A stretch of DNA of 64,000 nt from Pseudomonadota bacterium (GTDB lineage Bacteria > Pseudomonadota > Alphaproteobacteria > RF32 > CAG-239), in contig CAKJXZ020000024.1 of assembly GCA_918234285.1 (NCBI GenBank), positions 1 to 64,000 on the forward strand, in the 5' to 3' direction. The notes beneath the pieces are model-generated. The model did no database searches. It had not been told where the DNA came from and worked only from the letters and a program-made list of their open reading frames with translations. Position 1 is the stretch's first letter. Every line of letters starts with the position of its first letter. Of this stretch, positions 9,181 through 19,010 are shown piece after piece. A program made the position numbers and the translations under genes.

Positions 9181-11895
9181 ATGAGTAAAGTTTGCCTTAT
9201 CGACGGTTCGGGATATATTTTTCGCGCGTTTTATGCCTTGCCGACCATGACGGCGCCGGACGGTACGCCGGTTAATGCCGTGTACGGTTTCGTAACAATG
9301 TTTATGCGTCTGCTCAACAATATTCCGTGCGACTATTGTGTGGTGTTGTTTGATGCCAAACGGCAGAATTTCCGTAATGATTATTTTGCCGATTATAAGG
9401 CTAACCGCGCCGAAATCCCCGAACTTTTGATTCCGCAATTTGATTTAATTCATCAGGCGGTGGAACTGATGGGGTTGCCGTATGTTATGCAAGAGGGTTA
9501 TGAGGCCGATGATTTAATCGCAACTTATGCCAAACAAGCAATCGATTCGGGCAAAGAAGCGGTAGTGGTTTCGGCCGATAAGGACCTGATGCAACTGATA
9601 AAAGACGGTGTGTCGTATTATGACGGGATGAAAGATAAGTTTTACACTCCGGAAGATGTGAAAGAAAAATTCGGGGTTTATCCGGATAAGGTGGTTGATG
9701 TGCAGGCGCTTTCCGGCGATAAAATCGATAATATTCCGGGTGTGCCGGGCATTGGTCCGAAAACTGCCGCAGAACTGGTAAATGAATATGGTTCGCTGCA
9801 AGGAGTGCTTGACAATGCCGATAAAATCAAGCAGCAAAAACGCCGCGAGCTCTTGCTTTCGCATCGCGATGATGCTGAGGTTTCGCTCAAACTGGTCACG
9901 CTGAAAAATGATGTGCCGGTGGAACATCAACTGGAAGAATTTAAATGCAAGGCTCCGCAAAATGACGATTTACTGGCATTTATTGATAAATACGGTTTCA
10001 AAAGCATTCGGCCGAAAATCGAAAAATGGGCGCAAGAGCGTTGTACGGCATCCGGCAACGTTATCGAGACCATAAAATCCGAGCCGATTCGACAAACGCA
10101 CTACGAAAAAATCGAAGACCGGCGGCAACTCGAAGATTTATATAAAAAAATAAAAACCTCGGGACAGACGGCATTTCAGATAATGTATAACGGCAAAGAT
10201 GTCGTCGGTATCGGTTTGAGTCCCGAAGCATACACGGCATATTATCTGTCGGTGCCGCAAAAATTTTCCGGAGGAGACTTATTTGCTTTCGAATCATCGC
10301 AACAACCCGGTGTGGAATTTGAGGTTGTGTGCAAATTTTTGCAGGCCATTTTGACTGACAGGGATATTTTGAAAATTGCCGCCGATATTAAAACCCAATG
10401 GCATCGTCTGAACGCTCTCTGCGGCGAAAAACTTGATTTGTGGCCGTATGATGACTTGGCAATTATGTCGTATGATTTGGACAGCTCGACACACGAACAC
10501 ACGTTGCCGGTACTTTCCGAAATGTTTTTGGATAAACAACTTTCGGTACCTAAAGCGCCTTCTCCGCGTGATAAAATTGATTTTACGTCGCCGGAATATG
10601 GTGATTATGTGTTTGCGGCGGCTGATTATGCTATGCGGCTTTATCCGTTGCTCAAAGAGCGCCTGTTTACCGAGAAAAAGAACTATGTTTATGAAAATCT
10701 TGATCGGCGTTTGGCGGCGGTGTTGCTTGATATGGAAGATGCCGGAATAACAGTGAACAGCCGGGCTTTGCACGAACTTGACCTCGAATTCGAAAAACAA
10801 ATGGCGGATATTGAAAAGGAGATTTATGCCTTGGCCGGCGAAGAATTCAATATCAACTCGCCGATGCAAATCGGGCAGGTTTTGTACGAAAAAATGGGAT
10901 TAAAGGGCAAAAAAACCGCAACCGGTCGCTATAATACCGGTGCCGAGGTGTTGGAACAACTGGCGGAAGAACATGCCATTGCCGCCAAGATTTTGGAGTG
11001 GCGCACCTATGCCAAACTTAAATCAACCTACACTACCGCTCTGTTGGAAGCACGCGATTCGCAAAACCGCGTACATACGACATTTGCGCAAACGGTGGTT
11101 AATACCGGCCGCCTAGCCTCATCTAATCCTAATTTGCAAAATATTCCGAATCGCACCGACATCGGACGCAAGATTCGCGCATGTTTTGAAGCAAAAAAAG
11201 GCTATAAACTGGTAGCTGCCGATTACAGTCAGATGGAATTACGGCTGATGGCGTCGGTTGCCGATGTAAAAGCCTTAAAAGACGCGTTTGCGGCCGGTGT
11301 GGATATTCATGCGGCCACGGCGGCGCGAGTGTTCGGGTTGGCGCCGGATAAAGTGGATCGCGAACATCGCAGTCGCGCCAAAGCCATTAATTTCGGCATA
11401 ATTTACGGTATATCACAGTTCGGTTTGGCTAAACAAATCAACGTTTCGCGTGATATGGCAAAACAATACATCGATTCGTATTTTGTAATTATGCCGGAAG
11501 TCAAAGCTTTTATGGATAAAACCATGGCATTTGCGCACCGTTACGGCTATGTGGAAACACCGTTCGGCCGCAAGTGTGCGGTAGCGGGGATAAACGACCA
11601 AAATCACCGGGTGGCATCATTTGCCGAGCGTGCGGCGATAAACGCTCCGATTCAGGGCGGGGCTGCCGATATTGTTAAACTGGCGATGCAGCGAATAGAA
11701 GGCGCTTTGAAAGAACGCGGCCTGGATGCTCGTTTGTTGTTGCAGGTTCATGACGAATTGGTGGTCGAGGCGCGGGAAGATATTGTGCCGCAAGTTGCCG
11801 AACTTATGCAAACCATTATGGAAAATGCTGCAGATACGGCGGTTAAAATGGTGGCAGAGGTCGGCTCTGGAGATAATTGGAACGATGCACACTGA
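9181..11895 (+). CDS. polA: DNA polymerase I
   Basis: LIDGS, YEADD and PGIGPKTA (5' nuclease); TGRLASSNPNLQNIP, DYSQMELR, AKAINFGIIYG, LLQVHDE (polymerase); start at ATG 9181 after GAGGGAG. Confidence 0.98.
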   Translation: MSKVCLIDGSGYIFRAFYALPTMTAPDGTPVNAVYGFVTMFMRLLNNIPCDYCVVLFDAKRQNFRNDYFADYKANRAEIPELLIPQFDLIHQAVELMGLPYVMQEGYEADDLIATYAKQAIDSGKEAVVVSADKDLMQLIKDGVSYYDGMKDKFYTPEDVKEKFGVYPDKVVDVQALSGDKIDNIPGVPGIGPKTAAELVNEYGSLQGVLDNADKIKQQKRRELLLSHRDDAEVSLKLVTLKNDVPVEHQLEEFKCKAPQNDDLLAFIDKYGFKSIRPKIEKWAQERCTASGNVIETIKSEPIRQTHYEKIEDRRQLEDLYKKIKTSGQTAFQIMYNGKDVVGIGLSPEAYTAYYLSVPQKFSGGDLFAFESSQQPGVEFEVVCKFLQAILTDRDILKIAADIKTQWHRLNALCGEKLDLWPYDDLAIMSYDLDSSTHEHTLPVLSEMFLDKQLSVPKAPSPRDKIDFTSPEYGDYVFAAADYAMRLYPLLKERLFTEKKNYVYENLDRRLAAVLLDMEDAGITVNSRALHELDLEFEKQMADIEKEIYALAGEEFNINSPMQIGQVLYEKMGLKGKKTATGRYNTGAEVLEQLAEEHAIAAKILEWRTYAKLKSTYTTALLEARDSQNRVHTTFAQTVVNTGRLASSNPNLQNIPNRTDIGRKIRACFEAKKGYKLVAADYSQMELRLMASVADVKALKDAFAAGVDIHAATAARVFGLAPDKVDREHRSRAKAINFGIIYGISQFGLAKQINVSRDMAKQYIDSYFVIMPEVKAFMDKTMAFAHRYGYVETPFGRKCAVAGINDQNHRVASFAERAAINAPIQGGAADIVKLAMQRIEGALKERGLDARLLLQVHDELVVEAREDIVPQVAELMQTIMENAADTAVKMVAEVGSGDNWNDAH

Positions 11896-11967
11896 GTTCG
11901 ATTCGCAAAAAAATATTCAATAAAACAAAAAATGTAACAAAAAATTCATACAAAACATATAAAAATA

Positions 11968-11976
11968 TGCTATAAT
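11968..11976 (+). promoter_or_regulatory. Extended -10 promoter element
   Basis: TGCTATAAT upstream of 12013; AAGGAG SD at 12000. Confidence 0.55.
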
Positions 11977-12012
11977 GCAAAATGTATATATACGTTTAAA
12001 AGGAGAAAAACG

Positions 12013-14226
12013 ATGCGCATTAATAAGTATATGTCCCGATGTATGTTGGGCGTCATGGCGGCGGCGCTATGGTGTTTTTCGTTCGTTTTACCGGCAAGAG
12101 CAGATATTTGTTTCTTACCTACAGGTATTTGCGAACAAGGCGCTCAAGCCAAAGTTGCCGAAGGCAAAACATGCGATGATTATTTGGATATTTACTATCC
12201 TTCAGAACAAGAAGGCATGAGTTGCCAACCGGCAAATATTCCGGGCTGTGATCTTTGGAACTGTACGGGTTTGGATTGTGAAGACCAAGGTTATAAATCC
12301 GGTACCAGTAACTCTCCGACTAAGTATCCGACGGCATTCCCGTCATCAATGTTTGATTGTGAGTATTGCTTACTCGACGGAACCTATTACTGGAAATGTA
12401 ACGACAAGGAGTGTGCGGACGGATATTTTGTAAGAAATGATCCTAATCATTCCTGTACCGGTAATTTGGTCTGGGTGGCAAAAAGCGAAGGCGGTATGTC
12501 CGGCCACCAAGAGTGCGGTAAATGTGAGCAGTGGGATCAATTGTGTCCGGAAGGTAACGATATTTATACCTACATCCCGGCCGGTTGTAAAACCTGTCAG
12601 GTAGTTGAAGATTTCGGTAACGGACATATATGCTATAAATGCCATAATATGTCGGCCGAATATGTGACGGCAGCTGAAAAAGAAGCACAATTTGATGATT
12701 CCTGCTTTAAGTATGAAACAAAAACAGCCGCCGATGCTTCTACCTGTTACAGACCGATAGATATGGAGTGCGGTACGGATCAATATAAGACTGAAACTAC
12801 CATCAACGGCAAAAAGATGTGTAAGTGCTATGACCACACCTACGAGTTCCGTTTGACGAATTCCAGCGATGCAAATATTGTTCTTTCGGCCGCGGGAGAA
12901 AACAGAAATGTTGACGTGACATCGTTGCGTTGCGGTAACGGTTGCGAATTCTGGGAGTTTACGCAATCGGTTATTTCCGGTAACGGCCAACTGAACGTCA
13001 CAAAGGCTAACGGCAGTTCGTCACTGCTAATCAAAGGTCCGGTAAATAAGAGTCAGACCGATGATTTGTACTACAAAATCAAGCTTACGCAGATGTGGGG
13101 GGATGAGGCTTCCTACAGTCCGGATTTATACATCGACGTAAGAGTTGAACACGATACCTGCCCGAATAATCTGCAGTTCCCGGCAACCTGTCAGCCGGGC
13201 TATAAATCCAAGGTTGAAGGCACTTCTGTAACCGGCGAAAACTGCCATAATTGCTACAACGATGACTGCGGCGACTATACCAATTACGGTGTAGGCGGTA
13301 CTTGCCCGACCGACGGTAACTACAATATTAAGTATACCGATTTCGGCAGCACTTGTTGCGAACCTAAGCCGGATGATTGTCCGCCTGATTATACTAAGGG
13401 CGCAACTCCGACAGTCGGTAAATATTTTACCACAACGACTGCATTCGGTTCGAATTGCTACATGCCGAAACCGGATAATTGTCCGTCGTCTGACTACACC
13501 AACTACGGTATAGACGGCACCTGTCCGACCGACGGTAACTACGATGTTAAATACACTGATTTCGGCAGCACTTGCTGTGCTCCGCTGTCCGATGAATGTC
13601 CTGGTGTACAGAAAAAATCCGGACAATGCGAGTGCGGTGAAGCCACTGCAGGAGATAAGACTCCGTTTGGTTCACAGTGCTACTATTGTCAAGATTGTTG
13701 CCCGGTCGGCGATAACGGTGCTTACGGTCCTGGTACCTGGGGCGCGGCTTGTCAATCTGATAGTGACTGCCAGGCTTCTTCCGACTTCTCGCTGATTTGC
13801 GTCAATAAAGTGAACGGCTGCGGCGAGTGTAAGGAATGCGGCAAGGAGGATTATCAGAACAATACGATAGAAGACTGTAAAGATGTGACCAGACGTAATA
13901 ATAAGGGCGCTATCAATGAGTTCCATTATATTGAGTCTACTTCCGGTCCTTGCGAATTATACATTGGTAATCACTGTATGGTAAGAGACCCTGTACAACA
14001 ATATGATGCAACCATCGATGGTGGTATTTGTCCGAATCACCCATGTTCAGAGGCTAAGGACTGCCAAGTTCCGGATGGTCAACCGAATGCCGGAGCTTGT
14101 AAACCTGGATGCTATCCGGATATCAAATATGATAGTACTTCGATTTGGTGGTACAGATGTCAAATACCGTATGATGGTTCCGAGACTGTTAGATGTACCT
14201 CCGAAGGTGAGTGTGTCTGGCAATAA
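12013..14226 (+). CDS. Secreted cysteine-rich repeat protein
   Basis: Signal peptide ending ARA; Cys-dense throughout; internal duplication DYTNYG..GTCPTDGNY..KYTDFGSTCC. Confidence 0.85.
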   Translation: MRINKYMSRCMLGVMAAALWCFSFVLPARADICFLPTGICEQGAQAKVAEGKTCDDYLDIYYPSEQEGMSCQPANIPGCDLWNCTGLDCEDQGYKSGTSNSPTKYPTAFPSSMFDCEYCLLDGTYYWKCNDKECADGYFVRNDPNHSCTGNLVWVAKSEGGMSGHQECGKCEQWDQLCPEGNDIYTYIPAGCKTCQVVEDFGNGHICYKCHNMSAEYVTAAEKEAQFDDSCFKYETKTAADASTCYRPIDMECGTDQYKTETTINGKKMCKCYDHTYEFRLTNSSDANIVLSAAGENRNVDVTSLRCGNGCEFWEFTQSVISGNGQLNVTKANGSSSLLIKGPVNKSQTDDLYYKIKLTQMWGDEASYSPDLYIDVRVEHDTCPNNLQFPATCQPGYKSKVEGTSVTGENCHNCYNDDCGDYTNYGVGGTCPTDGNYNIKYTDFGSTCCEPKPDDCPPDYTKGATPTVGKYFTTTTAFGSNCYMPKPDNCPSSDYTNYGIDGTCPTDGNYDVKYTDFGSTCCAPLSDECPGVQKKSGQCECGEATAGDKTPFGSQCYYCQDCCPVGDNGAYGPGTWGAACQSDSDCQASSDFSLICVNKVNGCGECKECGKEDYQNNTIEDCKDVTRRNNKGAINEFHYIESTSGPCELYIGNHCMVRDPVQQYDATIDGGICPNHPCSEAKDCQVPDGQPNAGACKPGCYPDIKYDSTSIWWYRCQIPYDGSETVRCTSEGECVWQ
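13273..13578 (+). repeat. Internal 87-bp coding duplication (13273-13359 and 13492-13578)
   Basis: Near-identical 29-aa units 219 bp apart. Confidence 0.9.
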
Positions 14227-14252
14227 CGGATAACAAGCGATAAAACAAACAA

Positions 14253-14283
14253 GCGGGGTGGATTTATCCCCGCTTTTTTATTA
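14253..14283 (+). terminator. Rho-independent terminator, copy 1 of a 31-bp direct repeat
   Basis: gcggggtggatttatccccgcttttttatta, directly after the stop of 12013..14226. Confidence 0.85.
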
Positions 14284-14321
14284 AATGCACAAATAAAGAA
14301 AAGTGTTGTTAAAAGACTAAA

Positions 14322-14430
14322 CGTCATTCTGAGGCATAGCCGAAGAATCCAATCGTTTCTTAAAGAAACGATGTGATGCGTTGCATCACTGGATACTTCC
14401 ACTTCACTGATGTTCAGTATCAGTATGACG
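14322..14430. repeat. CGTC-tagged REP-like palindromic element
   Basis: Ends CGTCAT...ATGACG; internal hairpins atcgtttct/agaaacgat, gtgatgc/gcatcac, actga/tcagt. Confidence 0.75.
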
Positions 14431-14495
14431 ATAAAACAATGTGTTATATAACACAAAAAACAACGCTTTTCATTATTTGCGCGTTATTAAAATAA

Positions 14496-14639
14496 TGTCA
14501 TACCTTTCGTAGCGCGGTGCGTCTGCGAGTCAAGGTATCTGGTCTTTGGCACGCAGTGCCGCTGTCGATTAAAAAATAGCGCTGCGCAAAGATAAGTTCC
14601 CTTGACAAAGTGACGCACAGCGCACTTTGAGGGATGACA
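14496..14639. repeat. Second TGTCAT...ATGACA palindromic element
   Basis: Terminal inverted ends; internal arms gcgc/gtgcgtc/gtcaagg pair with ccttgac/gacgcac/gcgc. Confidence 0.7.
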
Positions 14640-14648
14640 ATATTTCTG

Positions 14649-14679
14649 GCGGGGTGGATTTATCCCCGCTTTTTTATTA
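14649..14679 (+). repeat. Copy 2 of the 31-bp terminator direct repeat
   Basis: Identical to 14253-14283. Confidence 0.9.
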
Positions 14680-14733
14680 TTGGTTGCATATTAAATATTA
14701 TTGTGTTATACAACAAAAACCAAAGGAAAAAGC

Positions 14734-15306
14734 ATGGCAGAAGATGATAAATACAAAAAGTGCCCGGAGTATTGTCCGTTTTTGAAAGCAAACAACACGT
14801 TTTGCGAGTTGTTTCGCCGTCCGTTGCAGCTGACACACGGTTTGTCGCTGAAGTGCGAAGAATGCAAAAATCCGGATCAGCGCAAGAGCTCGTATAAAGC
14901 TCTCGGCCTTTCCATTGATGACCGCGAACAAATTTGGCAGAAGGCGATTTTGAAGTATAACGAAATCGAACTCGGCAAAAAGCGCGAAGAAGAAGGCGTG
15001 CGCAAAAAATTTGCGGCTTTATTGGAGGATAAATACGGCGCACGTCCGCCGCTTGAGGGTAACACTTTTGTGAAGAATTTAATTATCAATCTGTATATGG
15101 TGCTTGATGCCACCGAGCGCAATATGATGATGTCGATTTTGAACGGGCGCAACGGCGATAAGCTGATTGAAGCCATTGACCGCATGCCTAAGGACGAGAA
15201 TTTGTTGCGTAACTTCCGCCGCGAACTTGATGACCACTTTAAGAATCATCAGCTCGAAATCAAGCGCGAGCAAAATCAAAATACAACTGTTAACCAACGC
15301 ATGTGA
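14734..15306 (+). CDS. Hypothetical protein with N-terminal Cys cluster (possible Zn-binding)
   Basis: Start ATG 14734 after AAAGGA; CPEYCPF..C..CEEC; helical remainder. Confidence 0.75.
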   Translation: MAEDDKYKKCPEYCPFLKANNTFCELFRRPLQLTHGLSLKCEECKNPDQRKSSYKALGLSIDDREQIWQKAILKYNEIELGKKREEEGVRKKFAALLEDKYGARPPLEGNTFVKNLIINLYMVLDATERNMMMSILNGRNGDKLIEAIDRMPKDENLLRNFRRELDDHFKNHQLEIKREQNQNTTVNQRM

Positions 15307-15312
15307 TTTTTG

Positions 15313-15340
15313 TTGCTTTTTTGTCAAATAATGCTATAAT
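15313..15340 (+). promoter_or_regulatory. sigma70-like promoter
   Basis: TTGCTT-16bp-TATAAT with TG extension; AAGGAG SD before 15367. Confidence 0.6.
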
Positions 15341-15366
15341 GGACTCAATTTGAAGGAGAACAACTT

Positions 15367-17379
15367 ATGGCAACCGAAACTTTATTAACCAGAACCAGAG
15401 ATAATTGCGTTATCGCGTTTACCATTGATTTCAGTAATGAGGCGGAAAAACGGCGCCTTAAACTCGAGTGCGAAAATATTGCGAGCAATATAGATTATCA
15501 TGCCGGTTTCAGAATAAATTTCGGTCCCGGTATCAATTATGATGATGCGAATACCAAGTTTTTAAATAAGGAAATCTCCGGCTATCACTATCGCAAAGAT
15601 AGGGCGAGTTTTGATAACGGTATGCGCAGTGATCCGCCGGCTCAGCCCAATACTCTTTCGCTTTCGTATCGTATGGATGATGCTTTTTTTCCGGAAGTGA
15701 TTAAAAATCTCGGTTTTAAAATAATTCCGGCAGATAAAACCTACAATATGCGCTACGATGCAGCGAGCGGACAATTTAAGGCCGAGGGCTTTGTCCGGAC
15801 AACCGCCACGGTTAATGCCGGCAAAAGAGAATTGGAAATCGTACGCAACCATTATCGCTTTGCGCCGAGTGACTACCGGCGTTTGCAACAGTTGCAGGCA
15901 GATTTTGCCCGTGCCAAGGCCGCTAATCCGCGGCTTACCGAACGTGATTTTTCTCATAACAATTTAAGCAACAGGCGTGACCGTGCCCTCTTTAACTTTT
16001 ATGGTCAAAAGAAAGCAAATGTCGACAATCTCAGCACTACTATTTCGCACGAAATGAAGCATATTAAAAATGCGGTGTTTGATGCCGGTTTAACCCTTAA
16101 AACAGATAACAAACGCCTGAGCGTCGACAACTATTATCGGGTTGCGGTAGAAGATGAGCGCAGTGCGTATTTGGAAGAATTGGTGCACAACATCAATACT
16201 TATTTACAACGCGGTGATTATGACGATTTTTCAATGTTTTATGTAAATAACCGAGAGATTATAACCGAATTAAAACGATTGAGAACTCCGGCCGAACGCG
16301 TAGCTTATGTGCAAAATTGGCCGCAGCTGGTGGCATTCAAAATGCGTGACTTTGAGCAAAATCACCGTCGGGCATACGATTTTGAGCCGGATAATTATGT
16401 GATGCGTCCGGAAGATTATGATGCCGACGGCGACAGCAAACAGCGTCAGTTTTTGCAAACCACTAAGTCATATATAAAGCGGGCTCCGCTGAATGCGCCG
16501 GAAGATGTTGATGGTGCTGAGTTCAGAAAATTACGTTCACTGTTTTACAATTATCAAATTTATAATCCGACAACCCGTCGCATGGAGGCGGTAAACTTGG
16601 CGCAATATATCACTCCGGATTTGGAAGTAACCATAGATGACCGGATTCGCAACGATATTATCCGTCCGCAACAACTTCGTTTGAATGAACGTCTGCATGA
16701 ATTTGCGGAACAGAGAGCACGCGGGGAGATAAATCAGGTATTGATAGAACCGGCAAAATCTCTAATGCGCGGTGGTGTTTGCGGCAGTTCGTTTGTTAAC
16801 GAAATCGATAATTTCCGCATTTCAACTTTGTATGAAGACGGGCAAAGTACCCCTACTCCTACACCTACGCCTACTCCTACCCAGGTGCCTGATCCTCATG
16901 CCGATTGGAGCAATAACTTGCAGACATATTGGCAAGGTGTTGAAGGCTATCGTGAAATTGCCAAGACCGGCAGTGAATATAAATTTAAGGTTAATGATGC
17001 AACGGTGCGTTACACTTCCAAAAAAGACGTACAAGTCAGCAAAAATGCCGATTATGAGCTGTATGTCAAGTTGTTGCGCGAACCGAGCAACCACGATGCT
17101 CCGGTTGAATTTTTGGATACATTGAGCCGTGAACAGGCCTTAATGTTATATGTTGCGTGTGTTAATAACGGACGAACAATGCGCGGTGCCGTGCCGACCG
17201 ATTTATCCGGCATCGAGCAAATTCGCGGGATTTCGGCGGCGGAAATGAATAAGTTTCGCTATCGGATGCAAAACGACCAAACCCGTCGGCAGCAGGAGCG
17301 ACCGGGTGCAACGCAATCGCACAAACCAAATTCACACGTTTTAATGCCGAAGACAAAAATCAATCAAAATACTCGCTGA
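15367..17379 (+). CDS. Hypothetical signal-less protein with HExxH zincin-like motif, (PT)n linker and C-terminal domain
   Basis: HEMKH at 16048-16062 followed by YYRVAVEDERSA; TPTPTPTPTPT linker at ~16850-16882. Confidence 0.8.
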   Translation: MATETLLTRTRDNCVIAFTIDFSNEAEKRRLKLECENIASNIDYHAGFRINFGPGINYDDANTKFLNKEISGYHYRKDRASFDNGMRSDPPAQPNTLSLSYRMDDAFFPEVIKNLGFKIIPADKTYNMRYDAASGQFKAEGFVRTTATVNAGKRELEIVRNHYRFAPSDYRRLQQLQADFARAKAANPRLTERDFSHNNLSNRRDRALFNFYGQKKANVDNLSTTISHEMKHIKNAVFDAGLTLKTDNKRLSVDNYYRVAVEDERSAYLEELVHNINTYLQRGDYDDFSMFYVNNREIITELKRLRTPAERVAYVQNWPQLVAFKMRDFEQNHRRAYDFEPDNYVMRPEDYDADGDSKQRQFLQTTKSYIKRAPLNAPEDVDGAEFRKLRSLFYNYQIYNPTTRRMEAVNLAQYITPDLEVTIDDRIRNDIIRPQQLRLNERLHEFAEQRARGEINQVLIEPAKSLMRGGVCGSSFVNEIDNFRISTLYEDGQSTPTPTPTPTPTQVPDPHADWSNNLQTYWQGVEGYREIAKTGSEYKFKVNDATVRYTSKKDVQVSKNADYELYVKLLREPSNHDAPVEFLDTLSREQALMLYVACVNNGRTMRGAVPTDLSGIEQIRGISAAEMNKFRYRMQNDQTRRQQERPGATQSHKPNSHVLMPKTKINQNTR

Positions 17380-17511
17380 AAAACGACCTCAATAAATGCG
17401 CAAGGAGGTTGCAATTTTGCAAAAAATGAGTTACGGTGCTTAAAAATTGCAAAAACCGCCGTAGAGTCAAAAAAACGGCCTTATTTTTGATTGTGGATTT
17501 AGAGGTACAAT

Positions 17512-18852
17512 ATGGATAACAAAACAATATATGCCTTGTCGACGTTGTTCGGAAAATCCGGAATTGCGGTGATTCGTGTTTCCGGAAAAGCGGCTTTTTC
17601 CGTTTTTGATAAAATGACGAATATTGCGGCGCGTGAAGTGATTGATCGCAAAATGTATCATGTCAGAATTTTTGACGGTGTTTCACATGAAACATTGGAT
17701 GATTGTCTGCTGGTCGGATTTAAGGCGCCGAACTCATTTACCGGCGAGGATACGGTCGAAATAAACTGTCACGGTTCTAAAGCGGTTATTCGTAGCGTGC
17801 TTGAGGCGCTGTCTGCCCTACCCGACTTTCGTCTGGCTGAAGCCGGAGAGTTTTCGCGCCGCGCCTTTTATAACGGCAAAATGGACCTAACCGCTGCCGA
17901 CGGTTTGGCCGATTTGATTGATGCTGAGACCAAAATTCAGCAAAAAACAGCGTTACGCCAAATGGGAGGAACGCTGTTCAATCTTTATGAATCCTGGCGA
18001 GAAGAACTTGTGGCTATGTTGGCATATCTTGAAGCATTTATCGATTTTCCGGATGAGGAAATTCCGCAAGACACCGTTTTTAAAATAGAAAACACTGTAT
18101 TTAAATTAACCGAGACGATTTCAAAGCATATTGCCGACAACAAAATCGAGGAACGCTTGCGCGACGGCTTTCAGGTGGTTATCTCCGGCCCGACCAATGC
18201 CGGCAAATCGAGTTTAATTAATGCCATTGTTAAGCGTAACGTGGCGATTGTCTCCGATATTGCCGGTACTACTCGTGATGTGATAGATGCTTATGTAGAT
18301 ATAAATGGCTTTCCGGTTATTTTTTCGGATACTGCCGGCTTGCGGGATTCGACGGACGCTATTGAGCAAATCGGCATAAATTTGGCGCGCGAAAAAATAG
18401 CAAGTGCCGATTTCAATATCTTTTTGTTTGATGCGGAAAACACCGAATCGGATATTTTTGCTGACTATATTCGAACGGAAGATAATTTTCTGCTGGCCGC
18501 AAACAAGTCGGATAAGCTTTCTGCCGACCGCAAAAAAGAATTGCTGGATAAGGGGTGTGTACTTATTTCTGCCAAGAATAATGAAAATATTTCAGCAATT
18601 ACAGATAGATTGGCAGCTTACTTTGAATCAATTTATCAACAAAGTTCTGCTTCTTTAATGACACGGCATCGTTATAAAGAAGCTTTATCCGAGTGCTTGG
18701 ATAATTTGCGGCGGTTTAATTTACAAAAAGAAATCGAATTGGCTGCGGAAGATATTCGTCTGGCGTGTCGAGCTATAGGCAAAATCACGGGGCGCGTTGA
18801 GGTTGATGAAATTCTTGATAAAATTTTCAGTAGCTTTTGTATTGGAAAATAA
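17512..18852 (+). CDS. mnmE: tRNA modification GTPase MnmE
   Basis: SFTGED, GPTNAGKSS, GTTRD, DTAG, NKSD, terminal FCIGK. Confidence 0.98.
   Translation: MDNKTIYALSTLFGKSGIAVIRVSGKAAFSVFDKMTNIAAREVIDRKMYHVRIFDGVSHETLDDCLLVGFKAPNSFTGEDTVEINCHGSKAVIRSVLEALSALPDFRLAEAGEFSRRAFYNGKMDLTAADGLADLIDAETKIQQKTALRQMGGTLFNLYESWREELVAMLAYLEAFIDFPDEEIPQDTVFKIENTVFKLTETISKHIADNKIEERLRDGFQVVISGPTNAGKSSLINAIVKRNVAIVSDIAGTTRDVIDAYVDINGFPVIFSDTAGLRDSTDAIEQIGINLAREKIASADFNIFLFDAENTESDIFADYIRTEDNFLLAANKSDKLSADRKKELLDKGCVLISAKNNENISAITDRLAAYFESIYQQSSASLMTRHRYKEALSECLDNLRRFNLQKEIELAAEDIRLACRAIGKITGRVEVDEILDKIFSSFCIGK
17679..17694. promoter_or_regulatory. parS site (1 mismatch) inside mnmE
   Basis: TGTTTCACATGAAACA. 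Confidence 0.85.
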
Positions 18853-19010
18853 CACTGTATTTAAACAAATTGAATCAAAAATTAAACTCGTTTAGCTAAC
18901 ATATTGATATGACTCAAATAAATAAACAGTGTATTTAAACCCTGTGCAGATTTTTTGTTTGCTTTTTATTTTAAGTTGTTTTATGTTAGGCGCAACTTTA
19001 TGAGGGAAAA

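Noticed and set aside
10100-10700. Degenerate 3'-5' exonuclease domain of PolA
   Set aside because: Loss of Exo motifs is common in bacterial Pol I; not novel
11442-11457. parS-like CGTTTCGCGTGATATG in polA
   Set aside because: Too many mismatches; explained by the protein sequence
17380-17520. oriC call from DnaA-like boxes (TGTGGATTT at 17492, TATGGATAA at 17511)
   Set aside because: Only two imperfect boxes and no cluster; oriC cannot be assigned from this alone
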